Origin: an uncultured delta proteobacterium
Lineage (GTDB): Bacteria > Myxococcota_A > Polyangia > Polyangiales > Polyangiaceae
Assembly: GCA_963716725.1 (NCBI GenBank)
Contig: CAVQUB010000003.1
Span: 160,001 to 224,000 of the forward strand
Length of the DNA stretch: 64,000 nucleotides
Direction: 5' to 3'
Made by a program: the position numbers and the translations under genes. The notes beneath the pieces were generated by a model. It made no database searches, had not been told where the DNA came from, and was given only the letters and a program-made list of their open reading frames with translations. Positions 9,923 through 20,195 of this stretch are shown here, piece after piece. Position 1 is the stretch's first letter, and each line of letters opens with the position of its first letter.

Positions 9923-11167
9923 ATGACCGATCCCGTGAGTGCAGCGAGAACCGCTCGGGAGAGCCTGGCACGAGGCCTCTCGGTATTGCAGAGCCCTGGA
10001 GTTCCGGCGGCCGTAATGGATGTCGCCGAACCCATCGCGCAAGCCATGGGCGCGCTGCACCAAATCGAAGCCTCGGGAGGCAACGCCCTTGCCGAGCACG
10101 CCTCCGTTGCGCTCGATGCTGCACGGCGTGGGTTGTCGATGCTCCAGGGTGCGTCCGGACAACACCCCGCGGTCGAACAAGCCATGGAGGCGGTGGCAGG
10201 ATCACTCGGTACGATCCACGCGCTGACGCAACCGCGCGAGCCCCCGGCGACGGTGCCCGCGGTGCCCGCCGCGCTGGCCGGCACGCTCGTGATGCCGCCG
10301 GGACAAGGCGCTGCGCCCGCGCCCCAGGCCGCGTATCCGCACGCCGCGCCCCAGGCCGCGTATCCGCAAGCCGCACCCCAGGCCGCGTATCCGCAAGCCG
10401 CACCCCAGGCCGCGTATCCCCAGGCCGCACCTCAGGCCGCGTATCCCCAGGCCGCGCATGCGCAAGCCGCACCCCAGGCCGCGTATCCCCAGGCCGCGTA
10501 CCAGCAGACCGCACCCCAGGCCGCGCATCCGCAAGCCGCGTATCCGCAAGCCGCGTATCCGCAGGCCGCACCCCAGGCCGCGCCCCAACATCAGTCGTCG
10601 CCCCACGCCGCACCACACCCCGGGCAGCCCCAACCGGCCGCGCAACAGTTCGCTGGTGGTGGGGGCTACGGAGCGCCGCCCGCCGCCGCTGCTGGTGCAC
10701 CGTGGGCGCCGCCGCCGCAGCAACCGCCGCAGGCCGCGTGGCCCCAGCAAGCAGCGCCGGCCGCCCCCGCGGGCTCGTCGCCGGTCGCGGCCGGAGCGCA
10801 GGCCGCCGCGATCCAAGCGCCGCCGAACGTTCCGCGGCTCGAGGCCGATCTCGGCGCCCACAGCCCGTCGAATTTCTACAAGGGCTTGAGCGGAAACGAC
10901 GTCATCGACTCGGGCGGCCTCTTCGTCGCCACCTACAAGATCCCGAACATCGGCAGCAACGTCGTGATCAAGGTCGCGCTGCCCGGCGGCTACGAGTTCG
11001 AAGCGCTGGGCGTGGTCCAGTGGATCCGCGAGGCGCCGGACTCCACCGCGGGCATCGAAGCGCCCCCGGGCTTCGGTGCAAAGTTCACGCAGATCTCGCC
11101 TGAAGGTCGCCAGCTCGTGTACCGCTACGTGCGCAATCGCGAGCCGCTCTTCCACGACGACCTGTGA
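9923..11167 (+). CDS. Protein with a Pro/Gln/Ala repeat linker and C-terminal PilZ-like (myxobacterial TIGR02266-type) domain
   Basis: GGAGG RBS. C-terminus NFYKG...SGGLFVATY...LPGG...GVVQWIRE...GFGAKF. Confidence 0.8.
   Translation: MTDPVSAARTARESLARGLSVLQSPGVPAAVMDVAEPIAQAMGALHQIEASGGNALAEHASVALDAARRGLSMLQGASGQHPAVEQAMEAVAGSLGTIHALTQPREPPATVPAVPAALAGTLVMPPGQGAAPAPQAAYPHAAPQAAYPQAAPQAAYPQAAPQAAYPQAAPQAAYPQAAHAQAAPQAAYPQAAYQQTAPQAAHPQAAYPQAAYPQAAPQAAPQHQSSPHAAPHPGQPQPAAQQFAGGGGYGAPPAAAAGAPWAPPPQQPPQAAWPQQAAPAAPAGSSPVAAGAQAAAIQAPPNVPRLEADLGAHSPSNFYKGLSGNDVIDSGGLFVATYKIPNIGSNVVIKVALPGGYEFEALGVVQWIREAPDSTAGIEAPPGFGAKFTQISPEGRQLVYRYVRNREPLFHDDL
10322..10587 (+). repeat. Coding tandem repeat, ~27-bp unit (AAPQAAYPQ) x ~9
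   Basis: CCCCAGGCCGCGTATCCGCAAGCCGCA iterations with variants. Confidence 0.85.
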
Positions 11168-11195
11168 CCGTCGCTGGCCCGGGGCCATCCGCGCC

Positions 11196-14159
11196 ATGAC
11201 CGCTCGTCGATCCCGCGGGCTCGCCGTCGCGTTCGCGTCCGCGGTGGTGCTCGCCGCGCCAGGCGCAGTGGCCGGGGATCCCTATCTGGATTGGTACACG
11301 ATCCCGACGCCGCACTTTCGCGTCTCGTATCACAGCGGTCTGGCCCAGCCGGCGCAACGCGTCGCTTCGATGCTCGAGGCCGTGCACGCGCGGCTCACGC
11401 CGCAGCTGGGCCGAACCTCGACCGAGGTCACCGAGGTCGTGCTCACGGACATCACCGATAGCGCCAACGGCTCCGCGACGGCACTTCCGTACAATGCGAT
11501 TCGGCTCTTCGCCTCCGCTCCGGACGACATGTCACCGCTGAGCGAGTACGACGACTGGATGGCGGAGCTCGTCACCCACGAGCACACGCACATCCTGCAC
11601 CTCGACAACATCTCGGGCATCCCAGCCCTGGTCAACGCGGTGCTCGGCAAGACCATGGCGCCCAATCAGGTTCAGCCCCGCTGGGTGCTCGAGGGGCTCG
11701 GCGTCGCCCTCGAGAGCGAGCACACCGGCGGTGGTCGCCTGCGCTCGACGCACTTCGACATGATCTTGCGGGGCGACGTGCTCGGGGGCCGCCTGGCGCG
11801 CCTCGATCAGATGAGCCACCCGGCCCGGCGCTGGCCCACGGGCAACCTCTGGTACCTGTACGGCGGCGCGTTCATCGGCTGGATCGCCAGCGTCTACGGG
11901 CCCGACACCTACGGTTCGGTGGCGACGGACTACGGGCAGAATCCGATCCCCTGGGGCATCAACCGATCGATCCGCCGCGCCACCGGCCGCACCTACACCG
12001 AGCTCTTCGAGGGCTGGAGACTCCACCTCGAGAAGAAGTACGCGCGGCAGGCCGCCGAAGTGAAGCAGCGAGGGTTGCGCGAAGGCACGCGCCTCACGCA
12101 TCGCGGGCGCATTGCGGGCGCACCGCGCTGGGTGCCGGCTTGTGCGCGCAAGGGCCAGCGCGAGGAACTCGTGTACTTCGTGGACGACGGCCACTCACCC
12201 GTCGGCTTCTGGCGCTTGCCTCTCGACGCCCGCGATCGGGCCGACGAGGGCGACGCCGAGCTCGTGACGCGGGCCTCGGGCAACCACGTGAGCTTCGAGC
12301 CGGGCTGCGGATTTGTCTTCGACACCGTCGCCCCGAGCCGTCGCCGCTACTACTTTGGTGACCTGTTTCGGCAGGCCAAGGGCACACGTTCCGAGCGCGG
12401 CCTGCGTGGCTCGCGTGAGCGGCTCACCACTGGACGCCGAGCGCGAGAGCCCGATGTCAGCCCCGACGGCCGCCGCGTCGTGTACGTCACGCAGCGCGCC
12501 GGCACCACGACCCTGCGGATAGCGGACCTGAGCGCCGACGGAGGCCTCGTGAACGAGCGCACCTTGGTGCCCAGCGCGGCCAACGAGCAGGCGTTTTCGC
12601 CCCGCTTCTCCCACGACGGCAAGCGCGTGGCGTACAGCAGTTGGACGCGAGGCGGCTATCGCGACGTCCGCGTGGTGGACGTCGCGAGCGGGCGCTTCTG
12701 GCAGGTGACGCGGGACGTGGCCCTCGATCAACAGCCCAGCTGGTCGGCGGACGATCGCTACCTGTTCTTCACCTCGGATCGCACGGGCATCGCCAACGTC
12801 TACGCCTACGACATGGCGACGGCGCGGCTCCGGCAGGTCAGCAACGTGATCACCGGCGCATACATGCCGGCCCCCTCGCCGGACGGCAAGACCCTAGCCT
12901 ACGTCGGCTACAGCGCCGACGGCTTCGACTTGTTCTCGATGCCCCTCGACGCGTCGAGTTGGCTCGATCCGGTCGACCCGCCCCGCTACCGCGCTTCTCC
13001 CCATCCCGATCCGCCGCTCGAGCGTTGGCGCGTCGAGCCTTACAACCCGCTGCCCACGCTGCGACCCCGCGCCTACGAGGTCGAGCTGGGCCCGGGCTCC
13101 TTCGGCGAGACGCTCAAGGTGACCACCACGGGCTTCGACGTGGTCGGACACCACGCCTTCGCGGCCACGCTGCTCACTCCCTTCGAGCGCGGCGAGCCGA
13201 GCGGCTCCATCGCCTACGCCTATCGACGTCTGCCGATGGACTTCACGCTGTCGGCGTTCAGGTCGGCGGCGCCCCGGCGTGGATACCAGTATGGCGATCG
13301 GCAGCCGCTCTTCACCGAGACCTTCACCGGTGTGTCCACCGGGATCTCCTACGTCGAGCCGGGCGAGTGGGACGCGCAATCCATCTCGCTCTCGTACACG
13401 GTGGGCGAGTTCGACGCGAAGCTCCCGGTGGGCACCGCCGCGGATCCCTACTCGACGGTGACCCGGGACCCGCACCGCGGATTTTTGGGCATGGTGAGCC
13501 TGGGCTGGGGGTACTCGAACGCCGACGGATCGCTGTACGGCGTCGGACCCGAGCGTGGCTTCAGCATCGCTGCGAACCTCGACGTCGCGGCGCGTGAAAC
13601 CGGAAGTGACGACACGCTGACCGCGGTCTTTGCCCGCGCCAGCGGGTACCTGCCCATGCCCTACGCCGATCATCACACCCTGGCCGTTGCCGCCTCGGGC
13701 GCCGCGGCGGTCGGCACTTATCCCCGGCGTGGGCTGTACTACACCGGCGGCTTCGTCACCGACTTGCCCCTGCTCGACGCTTACACGGACGGCATTCGCC
13801 AGGGCAGCTTCGTACTCCGCGGCTACGAACCGGTGGCCTTCATCGGCTCCCAGTACAACCTGGTCAACACCGAGTATCGCTTCCCGATCCTCTACGCGGA
13901 CCGCGGCATCTCGACCTTGCCAGTCTTCTTGCGCACGCTCTCGGGCACCGTCTTTGCCGACTACGGCGGCGCCTACGACGAGCTCGACTTGGAGGACCCC
14001 TTCGGTCAGTTCCACCTCGGCGTCGGGGCCGAGCTCTGGGTCGATCTGGTGCTCGGCTATCACGCCCGGGGCACCCTGCGACTGGGGTACGCCCGCGGTT
14101 TTGGCGAGCGCGCCATCACCGGGGGACAGACCTACGCGGTGATCGCGTCGGCGTTCTGA
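11196..14159 (+). CDS. Outer-membrane protein: HExxH domain, TolB-like propeller, BamA/TamA-like barrel
   Basis: Signal peptide, HEHTH...WVLEG, PD40-like repeats (PDVSPDG, PSWSADD, PAPSPDG), LRGY motif and terminal Phe. Confidence 0.8.
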   Translation: MTARRSRGLAVAFASAVVLAAPGAVAGDPYLDWYTIPTPHFRVSYHSGLAQPAQRVASMLEAVHARLTPQLGRTSTEVTEVVLTDITDSANGSATALPYNAIRLFASAPDDMSPLSEYDDWMAELVTHEHTHILHLDNISGIPALVNAVLGKTMAPNQVQPRWVLEGLGVALESEHTGGGRLRSTHFDMILRGDVLGGRLARLDQMSHPARRWPTGNLWYLYGGAFIGWIASVYGPDTYGSVATDYGQNPIPWGINRSIRRATGRTYTELFEGWRLHLEKKYARQAAEVKQRGLREGTRLTHRGRIAGAPRWVPACARKGQREELVYFVDDGHSPVGFWRLPLDARDRADEGDAELVTRASGNHVSFEPGCGFVFDTVAPSRRRYYFGDLFRQAKGTRSERGLRGSRERLTTGRRAREPDVSPDGRRVVYVTQRAGTTTLRIADLSADGGLVNERTLVPSAANEQAFSPRFSHDGKRVAYSSWTRGGYRDVRVVDVASGRFWQVTRDVALDQQPSWSADDRYLFFTSDRTGIANVYAYDMATARLRQVSNVITGAYMPAPSPDGKTLAYVGYSADGFDLFSMPLDASSWLDPVDPPRYRASPHPDPPLERWRVEPYNPLPTLRPRAYEVELGPGSFGETLKVTTTGFDVVGHHAFAATLLTPFERGEPSGSIAYAYRRLPMDFTLSAFRSAAPRRGYQYGDRQPLFTETFTGVSTGISYVEPGEWDAQSISLSYTVGEFDAKLPVGTAADPYSTVTRDPHRGFLGMVSLGWGYSNADGSLYGVGPERGFSIAANLDVAARETGSDDTLTAVFARASGYLPMPYADHHTLAVAASGAAAVGTYPRRGLYYTGGFVTDLPLLDAYTDGIRQGSFVLRGYEPVAFIGSQYNLVNTEYRFPILYADRGISTLPVFLRTLSGTVFADYGGAYDELDLEDPFGQFHLGVGAELWVDLVLGYHARGTLRLGYARGFGERAITGGQTYAVIASAF

Positions 14160-14210
14160 TGGCGCCCCGGTAGTTGGCCCTGGCCTTCACGGGCTGATAC
14201 GAGCCGGCTC

Positions 14211-14684
14211 ATGGCTACCAAAGTCCCGTTGCTCCTCGCGGGTCTGCTCGTCCTCGGCGGCTGCCTCGCGCCGCCGTCTCAGTCGCAGCGGGTCACCGAC
14301 TCGGCGCGCGAGCTCAACCTGGCGACTCGCTTCGGGCGCATGGACGTCGCGCTGGGGCTCGCCGCCAAGGGCGCCCAACAGAGCTTTCTCGATCGGCGCA
14401 CCGAGTGGGGAAAGAACGTGCGCATCGTCGACATCGAGCTGGCCGGGATGGCGATGAAAGACGAGCTGAACGCTACCATTCAGGTGGACGTGGCCTGGGT
14501 CCGCGTCAACGACGACACGCTGCGCACGACGCGGCTCGTGCAGCTCTGGCGGGACGACGGCGGCTGGCGGCTGGTCCGAGAAACGCGCGCAGCTGGCGAC
14601 CTTGGTCTGTTCGGCGAGCCCCTACCACCGGTAGAGCACAGCGCTCCGCGCGACGTTCAGTTCGCGACCAAGGTCATCCGCTGA
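14211..14684 (+). CDS. Hypothetical lipoprotein
   Basis: Lipobox LGGC, 157 aa. Confidence 0.75.
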   Translation: MATKVPLLLAGLLVLGGCLAPPSQSQRVTDSARELNLATRFGRMDVALGLAAKGAQQSFLDRRTEWGKNVRIVDIELAGMAMKDELNATIQVDVAWVRVNDDTLRTTRLVQLWRDDGGWRLVRETRAAGDLGLFGEPLPPVEHSAPRDVQFATKVIR

Positions 14685-14692
14685 GCCCGAGC

Positions 14693-14842
14693 TCAGCTCG
14701 CGGCCTTCTTCTTCTTGGTCGCCGGGCTCGCGGCTCGGCTGGCCTTGGTCGCCGCGGCCTTGCGCTTGACGCGGGCCTTCTTCGCAGCTTGCGACTTCTT
14801 GCGGCGCATCTTCATGGTCTGGCGGCTATCGAAACGTCCCAC
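14693..14842 (-). CDS. Small highly basic protein (49 aa)
   Basis: GAGGA RBS 7 nt before GTG. MGRFDSRQTMKMRRKKSQAAKKARVKRKAAATKASRAASPATKKKKAAS. Confidence 0.7.
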   Translation of the reverse strand: MGRFDSRQTMKMRRKKSQAAKKARVKRKAAATKASRAASPATKKKKAAS

Positions 14843-14993
14843 TTTTGAGTCCTCTCGTGATCTAAGTCGCCCGCGGGTGACGCGGGCCCGGCTCGAATAC
14901 ACCAGGCGCCCCACCAGGCGCTAGTCCCCCCTGCTCATGGACCTACGCAACCGCGCGGCCCGCGCGCGGCAGGGAGGTGAGCAGGCGACGCGC

Positions 14994-15254
14994 TCAGCCG
15001 CTCGAAGCGTCTTCCAGCGCGCGCTCTCGGTCGCGGACTTCGAGGCGATACCGGCTGTTGACCGTCTCGATGTAGAAAACGTCCTTCGCTGCCAAGCGCA
15101 GCACGCGCTTGACCGGCGTCGTGACGTATTCGTGCATTCCGTCCGAAAACTCGATGACCACGACCGACCCCTTGCGAGGAGCTCGGACGAGCCGACCAGT
15201 GACGGCCCGGGAGCCACGACCCAGCTTCCGGAGCACGACTTGCACGAGACACAC
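14994..15254 (-). CDS. Small hypothetical beta-rich protein (~86 aa)
   Basis: VQVVLRKLG...EYVTTPVKRVL...FYIETVNSRYRLEV with good GC3 codon usage. Start uncertain. Confidence 0.6.
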   Translation of the reverse strand: MCLVQVVLRKLGRGSRAVTGRLVRAPRKGSVVVIEFSDGMHEYVTTPVKRVLRLAAKDVFYIETVNSRYRLEVRDRERALEDASSG

Positions 15255-15303
15255 TCTAGCAACGGATCGGCGGCCGGTCCAACCCCCGCGGATGTACAGG
15301 GCT

Positions 15304-16539
15304 TCAGGGAGCGGTGACGCCCTTGGCCCGCTTCTTCGCGAAGTAGGCGCGCAGGACGTTGCGGGCCAGCTCGGGTCCCTTGATCTGCCAGGTGGGTGTG
15401 TTGACCACAAGGGCCGCGATGGCCACCTCGGGCTTGTCCGCCGGGGCAAATCCGACGAACCAGGTGTAGAAGCGGCCGTTCTTCTGCCGCATCAGGGTCC
15501 CGGTCTTGCCGGCGACGACAATGTCCGGGAGGTACGCCTTGCCGCGCTTGTCGTGGAAGCTCTTGTAGGCCGATCCGTTGGCGACGGTCTCGGTCATCAT
15601 CGCGGTGAGCTCGGCCGCTGTTTCGGGCTTGACCGCGCGCCGCAGCGTCGCTGGGCCCCGGGTCTCGCTCCAGATCTTTTCGTTCTCTTTGTACACCGCC
15701 TCCACGATGCGCGGCTCGAGGGCGACCCCGCGATTGGCCACCGTCTGGGCGATGAGCGCCGCCGCGAGGGGTGACAGCGTGGTGTGCCAGAACCCCGCCG
15801 ACGCCCGGGCAAACTCCAGCGGGTCGACGGGAATGTCGATCTGTGGCGCCTCGTTCTGCACCGCAAAGGGGATCGGCGCGCCGAAACCAAAGGCGCCGCC
15901 CATGGCGGTCACGTCGTCGGGCGTGAGGTTCTTTTGCGCGAGGCGACCGAAGACCACGTTCAAGCTCCGCCCCATCGCCATCGCCAAGGTGGCGCACCAT
16001 TTGTCGCGGCGCGCGTCTTCCTGCAGTTCGTCGGCTTCGATGCGGCTCTTGCCACCGTGGTAGCACTGCTCGGTCTTGGCGTTCAGCCCGCCCTTCTCCA
16101 CCAGCGCCGCGCCGGTGATGACCTTGAACACGCTGGCCGCCGGCGCCTCCGCCCGCAGGTTCACGTCGAACTTTGCGCCCTCGTTCACGTAGGTCGCCCA
16201 GGTCAATATCTTCCCGGTGGACGGCTCGATCACGACGACCCCGCCCTCGGGCACCTTGTAGCGCTTGAGCTCAGCCATGGCCGCGCGTTGCAGCACGGGA
16301 TCCACGGTCAGCTCGGCGATCTTGCCGTCGCGCAGCGGCGTGGTGACGCGTCGCGGGCGCACGTCCATGCGCATCAGGTCGAGGCCGGCCAGGTGCTCGG
16401 TGGGGATCACCACCCCCGGAGCCCGCGGCTCCGCCTTGCGCAGGGCTCCAACGCCGACATTTCCCTGCACCACGGGCACGAGCGCGATCACGATGCCCGT
16501 TGCGGCACCAATGCCGACCCATCGCCTCCAGGTGCGCAT
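15304..16539 (-). CDS. Penicillin-binding protein (transpeptidase domain only)
   Basis: SxxK (ASVFK), SxN (SLN), KTG (GKTGT) and WFVGFAP. Confidence 0.9.
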   Translation of the reverse strand: MRTWRRWVGIGAATGIVIALVPVVQGNVGVGALRKAEPRAPGVVIPTEHLAGLDLMRMDVRPRRVTTPLRDGKIAELTVDPVLQRAAMAELKRYKVPEGGVVVIEPSTGKILTWATYVNEGAKFDVNLRAEAPAASVFKVITGAALVEKGGLNAKTEQCYHGGKSRIEADELQEDARRDKWCATLAMAMGRSLNVVFGRLAQKNLTPDDVTAMGGAFGFGAPIPFAVQNEAPQIDIPVDPLEFARASAGFWHTTLSPLAAALIAQTVANRGVALEPRIVEAVYKENEKIWSETRGPATLRRAVKPETAAELTAMMTETVANGSAYKSFHDKRGKAYLPDIVVAGKTGTLMRQKNGRFYTWFVGFAPADKPEVAIAALVVNTPTWQIKGPELARNVLRAYFAKKRAKGVTAP

Positions 16540-16624
16540 CCCCCGGAGTTAGCGGGCGGGGGGGTGAATGGCCAAAAAAGAGGGGGGTGCTGACGCATGC
16601 ACAAACCCGCAACGGCACTCGATG

Positions 16625-16820
16625 TGGATGCCCCCGCCTCGTCCGGCCTCGGCCGCTGCGCGGCCTCGGGCGGCCGTTCCCCCCCTTGCGTCCGACTCGC
16701 TTCGCTCGTGCGGCCGCGGGGGGGAGGCACCGCGCGCCCGGGCTCGCGAGGGCGAGGGTGCAGGGCGTAGGGCGCAAGGCGAGTGCGGGGGCGAGGGGCG
16801 AGCGCGAGGGGCGAGGGGCG
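16625..16820. repeat. REP-like / G-tract low-complexity intergenic element
   Basis: C-run/G-run inverted arms, CGCTTCGCTCG and CGCTGCGCG cores, then repeated GCGAGGG(G) units. Confidence 0.45.
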
Positions 16821-17022
16821 ATCCCGGCGGGACAGCTTGCTCGGCCCCCCCATCATGTCGCCGTGCTCGCCTGCGTCCAGGCCGCGGCCGCGGCTGCGTC
16901 CCCAAGGGGATTCCCTTCGGTCGCCGCCTGTGCTCGGACGCTCCGCGCCCTCGCAGCCTGGACCCAGGCTGCGCTCGGCGACCTCTCCTTGGCCGTCGGC
17001 TGCGCCGACAAGGAGAATCATC

Positions 17023-17219
17023 ATGCTGCGAATCTACCCGCTCATTCTCGAAGTCTTGCGTGAGCTCCGTTCTGTCATCGCTCAGATCGAGCGCCGCGAC
17101 TCCGACCTCACTCGCCAGCTCCGGCTTCCGCTCTGGGCTATGTCGCTTCGCTAGATCCAGCCCTCGTTGCCAAGCTCAATCGAATCACAGGCACCCTGGT
17201 CCGTTTGGTCGGCAGCTAG
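17023..17219 (+). pseudogene. Four-helix-bundle (23S rRNA IVP-like) protein with internal deletion and frameshift
   Basis: AGGAG RBS. N-terminus MLRIYPLILEVLRELRSVIAQIERRDSDLTRQLR joins out of frame to C-terminus ASALGYVASLDPALVAKLNRITGTLVRLVGS*. The central SxxLNxAEG segment is missing. Confidence 0.75.
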
Positions 17220-17433
17220 CCGCTGGCGCTCGAGCAGTGGGGCGGCAGCGGCCCCGCGAGACGCGCGGTAGCCTTGAGTCCGGGGGTGCTCGCGCTACGC
17301 CTCGCTTTGCCACTGCGGGTGCCGGCCGCAACCTGCGACCGATTACGACGCAGGCGCGCGCTTTGCTGGGACAAAGAACTTCCGCCCATGGAGAACTTTT
17401 CTCCCGCAGCGCGGTGAGGCCGGGGCACAATGG

Positions 17434-20151
17434 GTGCGATCGGTCGGGGTGAGTGCAGTGCGGGGATCGCCAACAACATTCTGGGGCAAGCTCGAGAAGG
17501 CCGAAGGCGGCGAGGTCCTCGCGTGGCATCCCCTGCTCGCGCACAGCGCCGACGTGGCGGCGTGTGCAGAGGCGTTGCTGCAACGAACGCTGCTGCGCCA
17601 GCGTCTCGCGACACTCGGTGGACGCAGCGACCTCGACGACGTGGACATCGCGCGGCTGGCAGCGCTCGCTGCCCTGCACGACATCGGCAAGTTCAACCTG
17701 GGCTTTCAGAGAAAGAGCACGCAGGACCAGCACGACACCGCCGGGCACGTCAAAGAGGTTCTGGCGCTGTTCGGATCCGACTTTCGCGAGCGAGATCGGC
17801 TCTTCGAGGCCCTGCCCACCGACCCCATGGCTCGGTGGTGCGACTCCGAGGGAGCCTTCGAGTTGCTGGTCGCGGCGATCGGGCACCACGGAAAACCCGT
17901 CGCGTGCGACGCGCAGGCACCGGTTCCCGCCCTATGGCAGAGGTCGTTGCCGCTGGATCCCTTCGAGGGGGTCGCCTCGCTGACAGCGAGCGTTCGGTGC
18001 TGGTTTCCGCCGGCGTTCGAAACGTCGCGCTCGGGCCTTCCGGACACACCCGCGTTTCAGCATGCCTTCGCGGGGCTGGTCATGCTGGCGGATTGGCTCG
18101 GATCGGATCGCCAGGTCTTTCCGTTCGCGGACGACTTGAGCGATCGAGTGGAGTTTGCACGCAGCCAAGCAGCGAAGGCGCTGGCTCAGATTGGCCTCGA
18201 CACTCACGCAAGCCGCGCGTCACTCGGGCCGGAAGCGCCCGGATTCGGCGCAGTGAGTGGGTACACACCGCGTGCGGCGCAGACCGCGACGCTGGAGCTG
18301 CCCACAGAACCCAACGGAACCCTGACGGTGTTGGAGTCCGAAACGGGCTCCGGCAAGACAGAAGCTGCGCTGGTTCGCTTTGCGCGAATGTTCCACGCAG
18401 GCCTGGTCGATGGGATGACCTTCGCGCTCCCGACGCGCACGGCGGCGACGCAGCTGCATGGTCGCATCCGCGCCGCCATCCGCCGCGCCTTTCCAGACGA
18501 GGCCGTGCGCCCCCCGGTCGTTCTTGCGGTGCCCGGATACCTTCAGGTCGATGACATGGTGGGCCGACGACTCCCAAGGTTCGAGGTGCTATGGAATGAC
18601 GAGGCCAAGGAGCGAGACCGACATCGCGGCTGGGCTGCCGAACATCCGAAACGGTACCTCGCAGGCGCAATCGTCGTGGGCACCGTCGACCAGGTCCTGC
18701 TCTCGTCCCTGCGAGTCGGTCACGCCCATCTTCGAGCGACCGCGCTGCTGCGCCATCTGCTTGTCGTCGACGAAGTTCACGCTTCCGACGCGTACATGAA
18801 CCGCATCCTCGAGGAGGTGCTGCGGTTCCACATCGCTGCTGGTGGCCACGCATTTCTGATGTCCGCGACGCTGGGCTCGCACGTGCGGCGACGGTTGGAG
18901 CACGCGGCCCTGGGAGCGAAATCGTCCGACACGGACGAGCGTGACGGTTCGCTTGAAACCGCCCTCGCAACTCCCTACCCGGTCCTTCACCACGGGAACC
19001 GCCACCAGCCCAGCCGCGCGAGTGCCGTGACGACACCCGGACCTTCAAGAACCGTCAACGTGACGCTGGAGAGCCTCGCGGACTGTCCAGACGCCATCGT
19101 CGCCCGCGCGCTGGCCGCTGCCCGCGACGGAGCGCGGGTCATCGTCCTCCGGAACACGGTCAGCGACGCCGTAGCGACCCAGCTCGCGCTGGAGGAGCAG
19201 ATCGGGGCCGGCGACGGGGCGCTCCGTCTTGTGGCAAACGGCGTGCACTGCCTCCACCACGCCCGGTTCTCGAAGCCCGACCGCGAGCTGCTCGATCAGG
19301 CCATCGAATCGCGGTTCGGCAAGAGCGCACCCGTTCGCGGTGGCGCGATTGCGATCACGACTCAGACCGTCCAGCAGAGCCTCGACCTAGATGCCGATTT
19401 CATGCTCACTGATCTCGCCCCGATGGACGTTCTCTTGCAGCGCTTCGGACGCCTCCATCGGCATCGAGAGCGCGACCCCGATCGTCCAACCGCCTTCGGC
19501 GTGGCTCGCGCCGTTGTGATGACCGGGGACGAGCCGCTGGACACTTGCTTGCGCGCCAACGGTGAGGCTCGGGGCAGCCACGGCGCCGGCACCGTGTACT
19601 CGGACCTCGTCGTCCTGGAGGCCACCCGGCAGCGTCTCGCGCAGAGCGGAGAGCTTCGAATCCCGGAGCAGAATCGCGAACTGGTAGAGGTGACGACGCA
19701 CCCGGACGCGCTTCGGGCTCTCGTGAGCGCCCTCGGGGGAAGCTGGCCGGCTCACCACCAGAACGTCTGGGGGCGCCACTTCGCACATGTGGGCCTCGCA
19801 GGGCTGAACCTGGTCGAGAGGGACAAGCGTTTTGGCACGTACTCGTTCGCGCGGACAGAACTGGAGGAGCGCATAGCGTCGCGCCTGGGCGAGAGCACTC
19901 GTCAGGTGGTCTTCAGCGTCGCACCGAAAGGCCCTTTCGGGACGCACGTTCACCAGCTCAACATCCCTGGCTGGCTTGCGCGGGAGGTTCCCCCCGATCC
20001 CGGGCTCGAACCGGCCGGCGTCGTCGAGGGCACCGGACCGAAGGGGCAGGAGCTCCGCTTTTCGTTGGGTGGCGTGCACTTTGTCTACGACCGGTTCGGA
20101 CTGCGGAAAGAAGACGTCGCAACGGTGGAGGATGACATTGCGGACGAATAG
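17434..20151 (+). CDS. cas3: CRISPR-associated helicase/nuclease Cas3
   Basis: HSADV...ALHDIGKFN (HD), LADWLGS, TGSGKT, DEVH, MSAT and QRFGRLHRH. Exact start uncertain (17434 or 17449). Confidence 0.97.
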   Translation: MRSVGVSAVRGSPTTFWGKLEKAEGGEVLAWHPLLAHSADVAACAEALLQRTLLRQRLATLGGRSDLDDVDIARLAALAALHDIGKFNLGFQRKSTQDQHDTAGHVKEVLALFGSDFRERDRLFEALPTDPMARWCDSEGAFELLVAAIGHHGKPVACDAQAPVPALWQRSLPLDPFEGVASLTASVRCWFPPAFETSRSGLPDTPAFQHAFAGLVMLADWLGSDRQVFPFADDLSDRVEFARSQAAKALAQIGLDTHASRASLGPEAPGFGAVSGYTPRAAQTATLELPTEPNGTLTVLESETGSGKTEAALVRFARMFHAGLVDGMTFALPTRTAATQLHGRIRAAIRRAFPDEAVRPPVVLAVPGYLQVDDMVGRRLPRFEVLWNDEAKERDRHRGWAAEHPKRYLAGAIVVGTVDQVLLSSLRVGHAHLRATALLRHLLVVDEVHASDAYMNRILEEVLRFHIAAGGHAFLMSATLGSHVRRRLEHAALGAKSSDTDERDGSLETALATPYPVLHHGNRHQPSRASAVTTPGPSRTVNVTLESLADCPDAIVARALAAARDGARVIVLRNTVSDAVATQLALEEQIGAGDGALRLVANGVHCLHHARFSKPDRELLDQAIESRFGKSAPVRGGAIAITTQTVQQSLDLDADFMLTDLAPMDVLLQRFGRLHRHRERDPDRPTAFGVARAVVMTGDEPLDTCLRANGEARGSHGAGTVYSDLVVLEATRQRLAQSGELRIPEQNRELVEVTTHPDALRALVSALGGSWPAHHQNVWGRHFAHVGLAGLNLVERDKRFGTYSFARTELEERIASRLGESTRQVVFSVAPKGPFGTHVHQLNIPGWLAREVPPDPGLEPAGVVEGTGPKGQELRFSLGGVHFVYDRFGLRKEDVATVEDDIADE

Positions 20152-20195
20152 ATCGCTTTCTTCAAGAGTATCCCCAATGCCCGAAGGAGACCGAA

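Noticed and set aside
17023..17219. Avd gene of a diversity-generating retroelement
   Set aside because: No reverse transcriptase or TR/VR pair in the window.
17220..17433. Possible mini-array or CreTA-like degenerate repeat upstream of cas3
   Set aside because: No recognisable copy of the 28-bp repeat or its CCTCCGC/GCGGAGG stem was found by eye.
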